Source of the DNA: Podarcis filfolensis
Lineage: Eukaryota
NCBI GenBank assembly: GCA_964270895.1
Contig: OZ185435.1
Direction: 5' to 3' (one strand)
DNA: 64,000 nt
The stretch's first letter is position 1. Each line of letters starts with the position of its first letter. The position numbers and the translations under genes were made by a program. This document shows, in pieces, positions 49,401 through 63,920 of this stretch. The notes under the pieces are model-generated. The model was given only the letters and a program-made list of their open reading frames with translations, was not told the origin of the DNA and did no database searches.

Positions 49401-52400
49401 TGCTGCTTGAGAGCATAGGTGCAAATGTGCCTTGAGTCTTCTCTCAACTGCTGAATTTTAAGGAAGCTCTGTGCTTGTAGAGCAATGGGTGGTTACTCAT
49501 ACTAAAAAACTTCCTTCAGGCTCTCTCAGCCTTCTCAGTTCTGTTGGCATCGTTCTCCAATTGGTGCCGGAAGGCGGGTGGTGCTTGCTTTCCACCCACT
49601 GGCAGACTGCAATTGTTCAAGAGATTTTCAAATTATTATTAGAAATAAGAACTGGCACCGTTGCAAAAACCCACAGAGGAATCTTACAGCTGAATGTGAA
49701 ATATCACAAGCGCCTCCCAAAAAAGCCCCCATCCATGCCCCCAGAAGGATATAAAGCTGTACATCAAGACAGCCTTATTTTCCTCACGCGGAAGAAGATC
49801 CACGTGACACATCAACAATCACACTTCATACTAGGCAGAGTGGCCAAATGCATGAGAGAGTAAGGTGAGAGGAGGTGGTAGGAAAACCAGCTAGGTCCAC
49901 ACAACACCCACAACTAGGAAGGCTGAAGAGGGGAAATTTCTCCAAATACATTTGCATCTGCTTGAGCTGGAGGATTTTTACCCATCTTCAAAGTGTTTAC
50001 AATCTGAACTATGCCAAGCTCAGTTTCTCGTAGCACCTATGCCAATTCCTGGGGATCTCCCAGACAGACGGGTATATCGCTTACAAGCAGGCAAACTCCA
50101 TTCATGGGTGACGCACTGGAAGCTAATTCAAGCACGCCCCAATTCCTTCATTGCCATCATGTTCCCCAAGAGGGCATTCCCATTCTGCTTGGTAAGAAAG
50201 GATGAGAGAAGGGGAATGTGAGGTGACCGAGGAAGATGCCCTGCACCCCGCTTTATAGTGGAATATGAAGGAAAACAGCTGGGGAAGAACACTGCAATCA
50301 GCCAATGGGAGAGGTCCTGTGAGGATATGGAGATCCTGTTCAGTTCTGTCTGCTTTTCCTTAAACCCCACTGAGGCAGTGAAATCCTTGAAACAGTATCT
50401 GGAAGCAGTGAGGGTGTGGATGAGGCCTGGCAAGACTGAAGCTCAATCCAGCTAAGATGGAATTGCTGCTGGTGGGTGAACCAAGTGACCACAAAGTAGG
50501 TTTTAGAAAATAATACACCTTAACGTACAGGTTGCAGAACTGAATCCGTAATACCACCTCTTTCTTCTTGCTACGGAAACACTCACCGTTCCAGCTGTAG
50601 CTCCTCATCATAGGACGGAGGATTGGATCCTGGCCGTGTGTTGGTCAGAGCTTCCCAGATGGTCACCTGGTGTAACACACAAGAATGAATATGCTAAAAC
50701 TGATAGCAAAGAGGCAGAATGGGTGTGTGCTCCTGCTGTAGCAGGTAATAATTTGAGGTTTGGACTTGGAATAATGCTAAAATAATAAGCCATAATGCTT
50801 TAGTTAAGCCATGGACTCTCTGGGAGGTCTGAGGCAAGCCATAATCTGATGGCCTCAGGTTCCACCCCCTCACACAAACACACACACACATGCAAAAAGG
50901 AAATATATAATCACCAGTTCCTACTGGGATGTAAAAGCCTTAATGAGATCAAGGTTTGCAAAGCACTCAGTGCTACATTTATATGTGGCAGCCAAGAATT
51001 ATCTCCACTCTGAGTGCCAACAACTGGGAGTTAGTGTGCTACACCACTCAACCCAACCTCTACTTGGTCCCCGCACAAGCATCCTGGCACCATGTGCCCT
51101 CCCTCCAAGAACCAGTTAGTCATGCCTGCCTGCTATAATGGACCCGTTTTCACCCCAGCGCAGGCAGGTTTCTGCCCTCCCAATCACCTGGTCTGTCTCT
51201 GTGCCAGCATCCAAGAGGCTCTGCTGAATGGCGAACTGGAGCAGGTCATCATCCTCGTCCCGCATGGGCTCTGTACGACCTGCGCCCAACATTGTATAGC
51301 CCTGGGGCACCTCAAAAACTGATGGGTCCACCTCGCAGGGGAAAGGGTACACTGGGGGAGGAAGGGAGAACAATGGTTAGCACGCTGGCCAACGGACTAC
51401 GCAACTTCTGCAATGTCCTGTGTCACCGAAGACCAGTCCCTTCATCTTTGCCTCACTTTCTCCACCCATGAAAAGGGCTCTTAAAAAGGACAAAGGACAT
51501 CTCCCTAGGGCCTAAGGCAAGCAGCAAATGGGCTGGGCCTCTTTAACGAAAAGTCCCTCCTGATGGTCACTACTTTGCAGGAGAGACTCAACACGCACCG
51601 GAAATTTAGGTTTGCGCAACTGAAGTGGATTGAAGGGCTCTGTTGCCCTTGCACAAAAAAATGCTGTTTTAAAAAGAATCCAGCGTTTTTGCAGTTTGGG
51701 AAGGGGTAGGGAAGTGCACTGAAAATTGCAGGGTGAGCAAATGACTAACAGGAAGCCACACCAACAGCCTGCAAGCAAATCAGGATGAATGTGGGACGAA
51801 TGCTTGTTGGGGCATAGCTGGCCCACAAACCAATCAGAATGAATGCTCAATAAAAACCAGATACAATCTAACCTCCGTGTAAGCTTTGCACAAGCAAATC
51901 CGGGTAAAAGTTGAATACACAGGTTGTCTGCATGAGCCTAAAGGTGGCAACAAGCAGGCATAGCTCCCACTTTCTCAGGCACATCAATGGGAAACAAAAG
52001 GAACATGGCTGTGCTAGCATTCTTGAAGCGGAAAGACTTGATGTTTTAAAAAAATGAAGATAAACATATTGAGCCAATATGTCCATTTTTAAAATGTGAT
52101 GGTCAGTAGCGGGATCATGGAGAAGGATGTGTCAGTTCTAGAAAGCATGCTTTCCCTTCCACAGAGGAGTCACCCGTTTTCCAGTCACTCAGACATCTTA
52201 CACTTTCACATCTCCTTCTTAACCCCGTTGTCTCCCAGTTCTGCAATGTGGGCCCACGGCCACTGCACCCTAATGCTGCCTCCCTCCCTCTCCCAGCCTG
52301 CGGGAACATCCTCCACCTCTTCCACTCTTCTCCCCGCTCCAAGGTTTAGATTAGCTGTTGGAAGTCCTGACCCTGGCTCCCACCCCATCCCGCTCCTCCT

Positions 52401-55400
52401 ACCTTTGGTGTTGTTGGCTGCCTCTGCCCCAGCAGTCGGCTCCTCGGTGCTCTCTGGGGTGTGGGTGGGAGTACAGATTCGCACTGAGCTCAGCGGCTCA
52501 TCACAGCCGCACAAGTTACTAAAAGTGATCCGGGCATTCAGCACGTGGAAGAGGGGGATTTCTGGGGAAAAGAAAGAAAATGTAGAAAGGAAGGTTGGGA
52601 GGTTGGTAAACCTCTATTTTCAAGCTTCTCACTTATTTCCCTCATGACCACTCCCCTCTCTAGGACATTATCCCTTTCCCCACAACAAAGGCTGGGGGTT
52701 TCTCCAAATTGGGGACTGCACTATAAAATAGTATGATACAGCTTTAAATTCATGGCTCCCCCCCAAGAATTCTGGGAGCTGTAATTTGTTAAGGGTTCTG
52801 AGAGTTATTAGGAGATCCTTATTCCCTTCACAGACCTGCAATTCCCAGAGTTCCCTGGGAAGAGGGGCTGATTGTTAAACCACTCTGAGAATTTTGGCTT
52901 TGTGAAGAGAAGGGGGAACTCTTTAACAATCCATAGAACCCTCAAACTACAGTTCCCAGGATTCCTGGGGGGGAACAACCCATGCCTGCTCAAAGTGGTA
53001 TGATACTGCTTAAAGTGCAGATGGATCTAGGTTTTTCTTTTCTGTAGGTGTATTCTGCAATAATAGTGCATTGGTGGTGCATTTATAGCAGACATCATTC
53101 TGCTTTATTAGTTGTTCTGAGATGCTTCCCCAAAGTTATTGCATTATTGCCCTCTGGAGGGGCACTCTTGCACTCACCCAAGAACATTTGAGGTATGAAA
53201 CGTTACAGGATTTCACCAATTTGAAATGAAGCAGTATGTCCGCTCTGAAACCTTTGCAGGCACAAATGACATTGAAAGCAAGGTTGTGTATGAACTACCC
53301 CAATACCTTCATGAGCACAAATCATTATGGATGTACAACAGAAAGAATGTCTGGAGAGGCGTAGCCCCACAGCTTCATTCTCTGCCTTCCTTTTTCTCTC
53401 TTCCCCTCTTGATCTGCCTCCCGTCAGCTTGTCTCCATGCCCCCCACCCCACCCTGAGTAGATAATGTCCCCCCCCCAACCAGCCAGGCTTCACACCTCT
53501 CACCGATTTTGACAGGGAAGCCAGGAGGTAACTTGAGGGTGATGAAGTCACGCAGCTTGGCAAAGTGGGCGTTGCTGATAGCCATCAGGTCAATTATGGG
53601 CGTCACCTGCTCCACCAGGGAGAGGGGATGGTCCTCGCAGAGCCACAGAGTGGCCTTGAACCTGTCACACAAGGAGCATGTTAGTCTTCCTGGAGATTCC
53701 TCCAGCTCCCTGCCCCCAACATCTGCCCACGGAGAGACTGGACCTGCAACTCCCCTACACGGGTGAATTATCTGCAGGGACATGCTTTTATTTCCTCCAT
53801 CTTTTGTTTCTTACCTTTCTCTGGAAAAATGAGTACCTTTTGTAAGAGTTAAGTGCCAGCTGTCACGTCCTGACATCTTCTTCCATTTCTGACCCCACCC
53901 CACCAATCCATGCAGTATCCCCCATCCTTCTCACCTCTGCACCTTGTTGGACATCTCAATAGGGCGGCCAATATTGCGGGACTCCAGGTTGAAGTTGGGG
54001 TCAAAGTATTCCTCAGGGGTAATAGACGTTGGGTTGGTTGGACTGGCTGACTGCAGCACAGGAGCCTGCAAAAGTGAGGATCGGGGTCTGGATCTGGGCA
54101 GGAACTAGAACACCAACACTTTGGAGCCACACAATCCCTTCTCTGGCATATCCCCCTTGTGATCTGCTTCCCCACCTCATGTACCCCTAGGCTAAATTTG
54201 TGTGGCTGGACCAGCATCTCCTTTCCCCATATACGGGCAGGATCTGACCTGGTCACTCACCCCATTCTGGGCAGCATGCTGCTGGGCAATTCCCAGGAAG
54301 GACTGGAATGGAGTCTTAGAACCTGGAAGACAAAAGGAGGATGTCTAAGGGAATGAGTCTTCTCCAAAGAACCTACCACCACCTCCACCACTTTAGTGCA
54401 ATTTATTCGTTATCTTATTTTTATTTATCTGAAATGGTTTTAGAGCGCCTTTACCCAGCAATGTTCAAGGCGGCTAGTAACATTAGAACGACAAAATCCA
54501 AGGAAAATGCAGCAAAACAGTCATTGATAAGAGATAAAAGAGGCAGAGGCAGCAGATTAAAAAAGAAAGTGACCTGCCTGGGAGGTTAAGGTCAGCAGCT
54601 CGACAGACCAAATGCCTGCCAAGAAAGGAAGATCTTTGCATTATGGCAAAAGGCCTTCTGGGAGAGGTCAAGGTGGGTCTCTCTCGACAGAGTTGCAGGG
54701 TGTAGGTGGCTACAGAAAAGGTCCTCTCTATTACTACCACAGATACCGATATCCATGAACTGAATGATTTTTACATTATAGGGGAAGATCTACACAAGGA
54801 TTGCCAGATGCATCATGGAACCACCAGCACCATGGAATCACTAGGCTCCTCTACCTGCCATAGCCGCTAAGGCTAGCCCATCTACCGCCTGACATCCTCC
54901 TTCTCAGACTCCTTCTCCATGAAAGTGGGTGCCTTCCATTGGCCTCCATTTACTCTGCATCTCCCACCAGTGGTTTGGAAAGCTGTCTACACAGGACAAC
55001 AGCCAAAATCCATATCTATCCTGTTGCTTCTTAGGCAGCGGAATCAGGGAGGAATGAAGTGGCAGCAATATTTGCTCGGTGCACTTGTGCAATTTTTCAT
55101 TCTTGCTTAGCCATGGTTCAGCTGAGCGTTACATATAGACCAGACCAATATTCAGTATACACTGCTGCCATTTTTGTTCTCTTAACCACCAGGTGAAGCC
55201 TGTAAATGGGAGGAGCACTTCATGACTAATGAGGACAAGTCACTTGTGGTCAAAGGGCAGGCAGCAACTGCCAAACAGCAAGTGCAGCACACAATTAATC
55301 GGAGTTCTGGGAGTTGTAGGGTGAAATAATCCCTGGCAGCATGAAGGGTCATTGGATGAGTCAACACACCGAGTCACAACTGGAGGCGGTTCAACATCTG

Positions 55401-58400
55401 CTTTTACCTTTGTTGCGTGTCTTGTCCTGATCTGACAGGTGCTCAGTACGGGTTTTGGTGACAAGCTCCACGTTGCTGGCACTGTAAACCTGGAAAAAGG
55501 ACAAAGAGACCGTTGATATCACCTGGTCCCATCCAACACAAGCCCTGATTCCTCAAAGCAGTGAAGCTAAGCTAAACTTTGATGAATTTTTCAGATTTAC
55601 ACACACAAGGAACAGGAATGGGGGAAGAGTTGTACCTTGGCTTCATAGCCGCTGATGTTTTCCATCTTCTCAGAGCGCCAGCCCCAGATGCCAGACTTGT
55701 TCCTGGAGAGGAAAGCCCTCTGGTCAAGAGTGATAGAGTTTGCCATTGCAGACCTCAGCTGCCCCCCCCTCAATGCAGCCTAAAGATAACCACTTTCTCA
55801 AACACCACTGCTACAATGGAGCTTCATCTCTTCCAACCCTTTTCAGACTTGGAATGACCTCATACTCTTCAGCCTAAAAGATAACCATCTCATCAAATGT
55901 CACTTTCTCTCACACACACACCTCTACCTTCACCTCTCCCAACCCTGACCTTGAAAGACTTGGACTAGGGAGCTGCGAGTGGAGGTCTCTCCTCTGAGGG
56001 GAGATGGGGCATATGGGATAACAGGGCTGCAGACACCTATGGCAGTAGAAGCTGGGGCCTTGGTCCCCCTCTTTTCTCGCAAAACTAGTTGATGCTCGAG
56101 GGCCTGGGCAGGCTTCATCCTTCCCAGCTTTGGTCTCATGGGCCTCATCCTGTACCATAAAAAGAGCCCTGCAGCTGGATCACATCCATAGTCCCTCTAG
56201 TCTAGCATCCCATTTCCCACAATGACCAATCAGATGCCTCTGGGAAGCCAGCAACCGTGATGCCAATAGCGCTCTCCCGCTACTGTCCCGACAATTCCGG
56301 TGTTCTGAGCAGCATGCGGCTGTCTCTGATCCTGGAGGCAGCATATAGTCATCGGGGTTAACAGCCAGCGACAGCAGCAGCACACGGTTCACACAGACCC
56401 ATACGCTACCCTTCCCCCTGCCCCAGCTCACCGCTCAAAGGCAATGTTCTTGGTATCCAGGTGGGTGGAGACGATGGGCGAAGTGAGCCGGCTGGCCACG
56501 TGCTCCTCGGAAGGCTGCATGGCAGCCAGCATCAGCTCTGGCTCATGCAAGGCTAGAGACAACGTTTCAGTGTACACCACCTGCTTGTCGTGGTCAACCT
56601 CCATCACCACAGCATTCTCATCTGGCCAATGAGGGGAAGGAGAAAAGAGGGTGGGGGAGCAACAGAGAGAAAAGCAGTCAGTATCATAGCCCCCCACACC
56701 TTGCCAAGCACGCACCCATCTCCCCAGAAAAGAGATATTCTGACCTTCGCCTTTAAAGATGTAGCTGCGGCGGCCCCGCTGCCAGGTCATGTGCTCAAAG
56801 CCCAGCAAGGTGGTGTCAACCCGCAAGTTTTCCCCACGCTTCCACACCCGGTACACGTCACTTGGGCATATCTTGGAGACCAGGGGCACTGGTGACGGAG
56901 AGGAAGAGAGGGAGCAGAGGGAGAGGGAACATTGCTTAGCATCATTTACTTGTTTGCCACATTTGTACCTCACCCACAGAAACACAGGGAGCTGCCTTAT
57001 ACTGATCCATCTGGTCCACTGGTTCATCTAATACCGGCCCATCAATTTCTGTGTCGTCTACATCGACTAGCAGCAGCTCTCCAGGGTTTCAGGATTGGAG
57101 GCCTATCCCAGCCCTACATAGAAATGCCTGACTGAACCTGGGATCTTCTGTGTGAAAAGCAGGTGCTCTCCCACTGAGCTACAGCCCTTCAGAGAGGCAC
57201 CATTGCCTCTGTGTGGAAGGCCAAACTGAGAGACAGCAACATGCTCCAAAGTACCCAATGAGTCTCATGGCTGAGAGGTACTTCTTGCCCTCTCTGCCTG
57301 GCATCACCTCATTCCTTCAGAGTGTCACACTTCTAATCTCTGGAGCACGACTAGGACACCACATGTCAATAGCATGGATTCTGCTCCTTGGTGAAGCCAG
57401 GGCACCCACCACAGAGAAAGGAGAATGCTTCCTTCTTCCTCAAAATGTCGTCTATCTTTCTGAGCTCAGGAGGGCTAAGTAGCTAACTCTTCTGCTGCAT
57501 CATTTCCCCAGGCCAAACTGCTCCCTTATTGGATAGCTCTCTCCTATCACCTGCTCGGGCTTTTGTGGACCACTCCCAGAAGTGAAGCACTGACTTACCC
57601 CAGCTGGTAAACTCCCACTTCATCTCCACGTAGAAATCAGGAGCCTGTGGAGATGGAAAACCAAAGTGAGGGGGCAGAGCACTGCAAGTGAGAGAAGGGG
57701 CAGCGAGAACAGCCAATCCCTGTTCTCTAAAGGGACTACATTTTGCTGTGACCATAATCCTATTAAGAGTCACACTTTGCCAATGGGAGTTCAATTAGAT
57801 CTAGCAACTGCTAGCTAGAAAACCCAAGAGTGCTTTTGAGCATCCCAGGGGGTTTAGAGGAGAAGAGGGTTGATGCTTCTGGGATGCAGAGTAACTGCTA
57901 CCATTGTCATCTTGAAACCATGCTGTTCAAATGCTTCATCTTCCAAGCCCCTTCGCAAGGGAATGTGGGAGGGACAAGAGTGTTTCCCTTCTTGAAGTAT
58001 GCACTAGAAGAACATAGGAATGGTTAAATTGCAATGGTTCTGTGCCCACACAAAAGTGAGGGACTTAATGCTGGTGCTCTATGGAAGAAGTATACAGAGA
58101 GAGGATTGTGGCTTTTAATTAACACAAACACAACCAGAGTTTTAGAAAGAAAAGGAGATTCCAATAAGATCCTAAGAGAGGGCAGATTTGGCAAGATTTC
58201 TTTCTCCCTTTGCCAGGGGTCCTGACAAGAGTACAGGTTGGGCACCCTATAATAAAATCTGTAGACACTGATAAATACACAAGGACTGGGAGTTGAAGTT
58301 GAAGTTGACTGGGAGTTGACAGTACATACTCTGCGCAGTTTGTTGAGCAATTCTGGGATGCCGCCTAGGCGCTGTGTGGCCCGCTGGTAATCACGATACT

Positions 58401-61400
58401 GGAGCACCAGCTGCACCATCTCTGGGTCCCCTGTGCTTACTGCCTCCTGCAGGACTAGAGAGGCAGAGGGAAAAAATCAGTATTTGGCTTCTTGGCCCCA
58501 CTCACTGTGCCCATCATCTCTCAAGTCCAAATGAGTTTCTCCTCTATCCTCACTCCCAACCAGGAGCAGACAGCCTATTGATCTGCCAAAAGGACATGTC
58601 TGGCTGCCAAGGGTACAGGTATCATGCCAATCAGTGCTCAGTTCCCAGGGAAACTTCTACCATCCTAGGCAGGGCAAAGCAAGGCTCCAGAAACTTAAGC
58701 CAGAGAAGCAAGGATAGGTGCCTTAAACAAAAGTGCCTGGAAGAGTTCTGCCTTCAAAACACACATATTACCCCAGTACTGGCCTAAGCACTGGGTTCTG
58801 GCTTTCATTCATGTTGCTTACCACTCAAAACCACAGCCCTCATGTCTCAGGTCTTTCATTTCTCAACTGCTGTCTTCCCTTGCTCAGCTTTCACAACAAC
58901 CCTTTTAACACATTCCTTCTATTTCCCCCCTTGCCTAGGATATAAGGAGATGCTTCAATATGAACGACTGTTATTGAGCCCAGTGTTAGGCGGCAGCACT
59001 GCAAGGTCTCAAGCAGAAGGCATTTCACAATTGTGCAGCCTGATGATCCTGATGAACATGTGGCTCTCCAGGTTTTGTTGGACTCCATCTCCCATCAGCC
59101 TACAGCCAGCGTGGGAGTTGTAAGTGCAACAAAAACTGGAGGGCTACAGGTTCCTCACCCCAGCTTTAAGCAGAGGAGACAGAAATTGATACGGACCAAC
59201 ATGGGGCACATCCCCTTGTCCACTTAACCTTCATACCTGTCCAGCCGTTGGCATTCTCCTGGCCCACACTGGCATTGTGTCGCAACAGCACCCGGACGGA
59301 TTCCAGGTTCCCCAGGCACACGGCCAGCTCCAGGGGCGTTCGGCCTCGTGGGTCCAGCATCTCAATATCGTGCTGCAAAAGAGCCACAGGATTAATGAGC
59401 TAGGTGGACATTCCTTTGCAGGAGAACAAGGGGTGAGGCTTTTGTGCTGGGGTTCATTCCTGGAAACAGTTTTCAGTGCTAGGACTCAGCAGGGTTTTAA
59501 TGCCCTTGCACCAGTATCTCTTGCAAAAGAGGAAGATTCACTCAGAGCTCATCCCCAGATAATGCTGTCCCTGACCTACAAGGACATCCAGGATACTAGG
59601 ATAGAATTCACATATCCTATAGAATATCCGACCCAAGGGACCATGACGTATCATATCCACTGGCCAGAATAGAAGAGCCGGCCTTGTTGCTTAATCTAAG
59701 CTTGCACATGCTGATATTCAGATATTCAAAAGCCTTGATGGGACTGCAGAAGTGAAGGGCAGCACATTAGGGCTACAGTCCAGTTGCCCTCCAAGGAAGA
59801 ATATCATGGCAAGGGGACCAACCTGGCCCCAACCACCAGCCAGAGGACCATCAGGCTACATGGAACTCACCTCCCCCCTTCCTACTCAGCTCCAACTCGC
59901 CCCGGGACTGTAGAATCAAAAGGGAGAAGTTTGAAGCGCTTGCCCCACCCATTGGTCAAAGGAGCTGGAGCCAACAATTCCTATTCAAGTGAGAACATCA
60001 GCAAGGGAAGGTTACCTACTCTGGCCTCCACTGAGCATAAATGCCCTCTCTTATAGCTCCCCACTTTGTTCTGGCCTGGAAGGACTGATCTCTCTCCCAC
60101 TCCACTTCCCTTTCCTTGTGTGTCTCGTCTTTTCAGTTTGCAAGCCTGCTGGCAGGGCCTGACTCTGTTTTTGAACCACTTTGGGAGACTCTTGATTGCT
60201 TGAAAAGTGGGGGGAAATCTAAGTATGTATGGAAATCAATTAATGTTGTGTCTTGGCTTCCTGATGAAAGGACCTTCTTTGCAATGGCAAATGCCGCCTT
60301 GTTCCAAGATGCAATTAGAAGGGGCCATTCACCACAAAGGCCTTTGTCCCCACATGATAGAACAGAATAGGGACTAGCCCAGCTATATTGTGAAACAACC
60401 TGTTTTCTTTTTAATTGTAAGAAGAGTGCACTCAAGTGCTACAGAAGGAGAGTACACGGCATATGAATTAAAGAAAAGAAACAAAAAACAAACAAACCCA
60501 CAAGTAAATACGCTTTTGAGGGATGGATAATAAAAATGGATCAGGAGACAGGGCTGTAGTGCTTTGTGCAGATGTCATGGGCACCTTCCTTATGCTGAGG
60601 GTAGTGTAATCGCTTCAAGCACTGGGGCTAAGAATCACATTTTTAAACAGCTGATTACCAGCAATTCACCAACAATGGGAGTGCTTGCTGCAGAGAGGTC
60701 TGGCTGGTTCTATCATAGCTCCAGAATCCTTCTGTGTTACCTGGAATAGCCCAGGGTCTCTTATATTCTACATAAGCTGGGCCTATTTTCACTTCACTTG
60801 CAGACTAGTTGACCACAAGAGTATATTTGAAAACAGTCAGAATGTGATTTCTTCTACCACCAAGTTAAGTCATGTGCAGGGTGGCTGAGCATCCTAAAGC
60901 ATCTGCAAAAAAGATGTCACAGCAGCCGATAACTTCAGAAATTCAGGATGTTACAAATCCGCCCACCCTGCCAAGCCATTTCCTTGCCTAGGCTCCATCC
61001 ACTCAAAGCTCCATCACCCCAAAACCCACTCTGAAAGTCATAATTTGATGGATGCACCACAATATTCAGAAAGAATTTGCCTCTGAATGTCAGCTGCTGG
61101 ATACAAGCAACAGCAGAACACTGTTGACCTCAGGCCTTGCTTGTAAAATTTTCAGATGCATTTGGCTGACAACTGCTGGAAACAGAATGCTGGACTAGAT
61201 GGAGACACCTGACTTTCTCCAAGACTGCAACCTGAGTACAATGCAAAGGTGGAGCATGAGCTCTACACACCAAACCACTTCTTTGACCTCACATTTGATA
61301 CTGCAACATCCATTTTACAGAAGGAGAACTGGTGAGACTGAGAGACAAGTGACCTAGCCAAATTGAACACAAGGCAGAGCCCCAAACCCTCCACACCATT

Positions 61401-63284
61401 TCCTTCCAAATATCTGCCCTGACCCAACTTTTGTTGCAATGCCACTGTATGCCATACTCTGAATCGTTTCTCTCCCACCTTTCCCAGACTGCCCATGATT
61501 TTTTAGAAACAAGATAAAAGCAAATGCAGATACTTTGTCACTCAAGGGGTAATTAACTCATGGAATTCACTGCTGTGAGGTATGTTGATGGCCACTAGCT
61601 TAAGTTAGTTTCAAAAAGGATTTGATAAATTCACAGAGGACAGGTCTGTCAACAGCTACTAGCCTCAGCCACCAAATTAAATAGAACCTCCCTCTTCAAA
61701 GGTAACATACCTCTGAGTATCAGCTGTTAGGGACTGACAACAAGAGAAGGCCATCATCGGAGTGCCCTATGTAATTAGATTCCAGAAACATCCGGCTGAC
61801 CAAACCTCTGCCCCAAATTCCTTTCTTTTTGAGATCCTCCCAAAATTCATCCCCCTAGATCTATAAGTCAGTTCATTCCCCGTTTCCCCCTTCCAAAACA
61901 AGAAATGGGAATCATCATTATCTCAGGTACCATCAGTTATCTCCAGCCCAGTCTTCTTTTAAGCCATGCTCCCTGATCTGCATTTCTCCCAGTTCCAAAT
62001 CAGTTGCCAGGCAGAACTCTTCCTGTCAGTCTTCTCCCATACAGGTATTCTAATGACTCTGTTCTCTTGGTTCTAACTCTAGGTGGGAGAACCAAGAGTT
62101 TTTTAAAGAATAGATGCTCAGCCTAGTCCAGTGCTCAGCTGTGGTCCATAGGGACAAGCAGGAAGGAAACCCTGTGAATTTCCCCTCTCCAATGCAACAG
62201 GGTGCTAGAGCTGGCACTTGCTTGGAGGCTCTAATAATTGAATTGAATTTTTAAAAGAGACCCATACCAGCTGTGCACACGCACATCAATCTTTAAGGAT
62301 TATTTTGCCTTTCTCCCTTTTTCTCTTTTCCAAAATGGTGGCTATCAGTGCACTAAACATGAAGCCACCACAGGAAGGTTGTTTTTGTAAAAAAACAAAA
62401 AACAAAACACTAGGCCTCGATTGCTAGAGGATGTTATGGGACTGAGTATCACGGCACCCTTCAGAACCAACTGAGTGTGCTGATCCCTCGCGTGTCTTGC
62501 CCTCATGTGCCCAAATTACTATGAGGGGCCTAAGACGAAGGAGCAGTGGATTCTGGGATTCCAAACAGATGGCCTCAAATGAGGATTGCTGTTTGCTTCA
62601 AAGCTTCAACTGCCAAGTCTGATGAGGAATTATGAGGTTGGGGATTCCCAGCCCAAAAGAATCATCAAACATCTATACAGTTATTCTGAAACCACCAGTT
62701 CGGCTGGGGTGAGGAGGGAAGAGTTACAATCTAGAGGTACAAAGAGAAGGAATGGAGAGAGGGGTCCAAGAGCATTACAAAGGTGGGGGAAAGGTGATGA
62801 TGCTATCACGACTGGGGGATCAAGAGATGCCCCTTGGGCAGTTTTCCTGCTTGTGTGTGTGGCGTGGCTGGGAAGGGGGGGGGGTTAACTGGATGTGGCA
62901 GGTTTAACAGGATGCAGATGGAACAAACCTTAAGGTTAGCAGCAGTCAGATATACTAGGTGCCAGTATCTGGCCCTTGTTCATTCTCCCTCCCAGTGGGA
63001 TCAGCAGCAGCAGGGCTACCAACGGGTGGGGGGGGAGCGAAGGGCTGGGACCATCTTGGAAGGATCCCACATCACATCCCCCTCCCTGGCTGCCACATCT
63101 CCAACTCCGGCTGGAAGGGGCGACCTGGAATGCGGGGTTAAGGAAGGAAGGAGTCCTAGGAGATTGGGGGGGGTGTTGAGGGGCTCCCCCGTACCTGTCC
63201 CTTGCGCAGCTCGCTGTCCAGCGCCTGGTGCCGGTTGTGCCAGACGAGCAGGTGCAGGGGGAAGGCGTCTGTGATGCGGGCCAT
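46467..63284 (-). CDS. ANKRD13D: Ankyrin repeat domain 13D (ankyrin repeats, GPCR-chaperone-like central domain, four UIMs), 15 coding exons, 637 aa
   Basis: Exons: 63284-63195, 59372-59237, 58454-58330, 57644-57599, 56888-56745, 56621-56432, 55702-55636, 55489-55408, 54322-54261, 54065-53935, 53661-53504, 52561-52403, 51351-51188, 50666-50587, 46746-46467. Total 1914 nt, open, all GT-AG. Motifs [35 protein letters not shown], and UIM-like [54 protein letters not shown]. Confidence 0.96.
50300..50480 (+). mobile_element. L2 LINE RT fragment
   Basis: Degenerate [16 protein letters not shown]...[10 protein letters not shown], the segment that follows YADD in L2 RT. Confidence 0.65.
52712..53026. 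mobile_element. Palindromic (foldback) squamate repeat in ANKRD13D intron 11
   Basis: Imperfect long inverted repeat (aagaattctgggagctgtaatttg...agggttct / agaaccctcaaactacagttcccaggattc). Boundaries approximate. Confidence 0.55.
56980..57192 (-). mobile_element. tRNA-derived squamate SINE with a LINE-like tail
   Basis: The right end is the reverse complement of a tRNA-like head (gtagctcagtgggagagcacctgc...cccaggttcagtc). Homologous copies at about 34303-34488, 40468-40632 and 43555-43708. Confidence 0.75.
61540..61740 (+). mobile_element. CR1/L2-type LINE 3' end fragment
   Basis: ggtaattaactcatggaattcactg...gatggccactagcttaag...tttcaaaaaggatttgataaattc...aacagctactagcc. Confidence 0.55.
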
Positions 63285-63920
63285 CCCGTCACCATGTCCC
63301 CGCGCCCGGCCGGGTCTCTGCTCCGATCCCTCTCTGCCCGAGGCCTTTCCGGGTGGCGGCGGCGGCGGCGCTTTCCCTCCTGCTCGGTTTTGCGCTGGGC
63401 CCCGCTGCGACGGTGGCGGCGGCTGCGCTCCCGGGAGGAGAGGCAGGCAGGCGGAGAGGGAGGGACGGCGGGGCGCACGCGCGGCCTGGCCGGGGTTCGC
63501 TCGCTGCGGCTCCCGGGGCCGACCCAGAGCCAGGGAGCGGCGGGGCTGGGGGAGAAGGGGCGGGCCTGCGGGGCGCAGGGAGGAGACAGCGGCGGCAGGG
63601 GCGCGGAAAGCTGGCCCAGGCACTTTTCCGGCCTCGCTCGCTCGCTCCCCGCTCCAGCCCACGCGAGAGGGCCACGCTCTGGGCGTCGAGGACAGGCAAC
63701 ACCCCTTGCGTCACCACCGGCAGCGGGAGGGAGCGGAGCCGGCCGCCTTGGGCAGCCTGCCTCCCTCGTCAGCCGCCAGGGGAAGCGGGCGGAGGCGAAA
63801 TTGCAGCCCCCGGCAGCAGGAGCCACGGCCTCCTCGGGGTCCGCAGTCCCCAGAAGGGTAGGCGATTGGGCCGGCTTGGCTCCGCTTGCTTGCTGGGGGC
63901 GGACGGGAAGGCTGAGGCTG
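63150..63920 (-). promoter_or_regulatory. CpG island / ANKRD13D promoter and 5' UTR
   Basis: Very GC- and CpG-rich, GGC repeats, overlaps coding exon 1. Confidence 0.85.
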
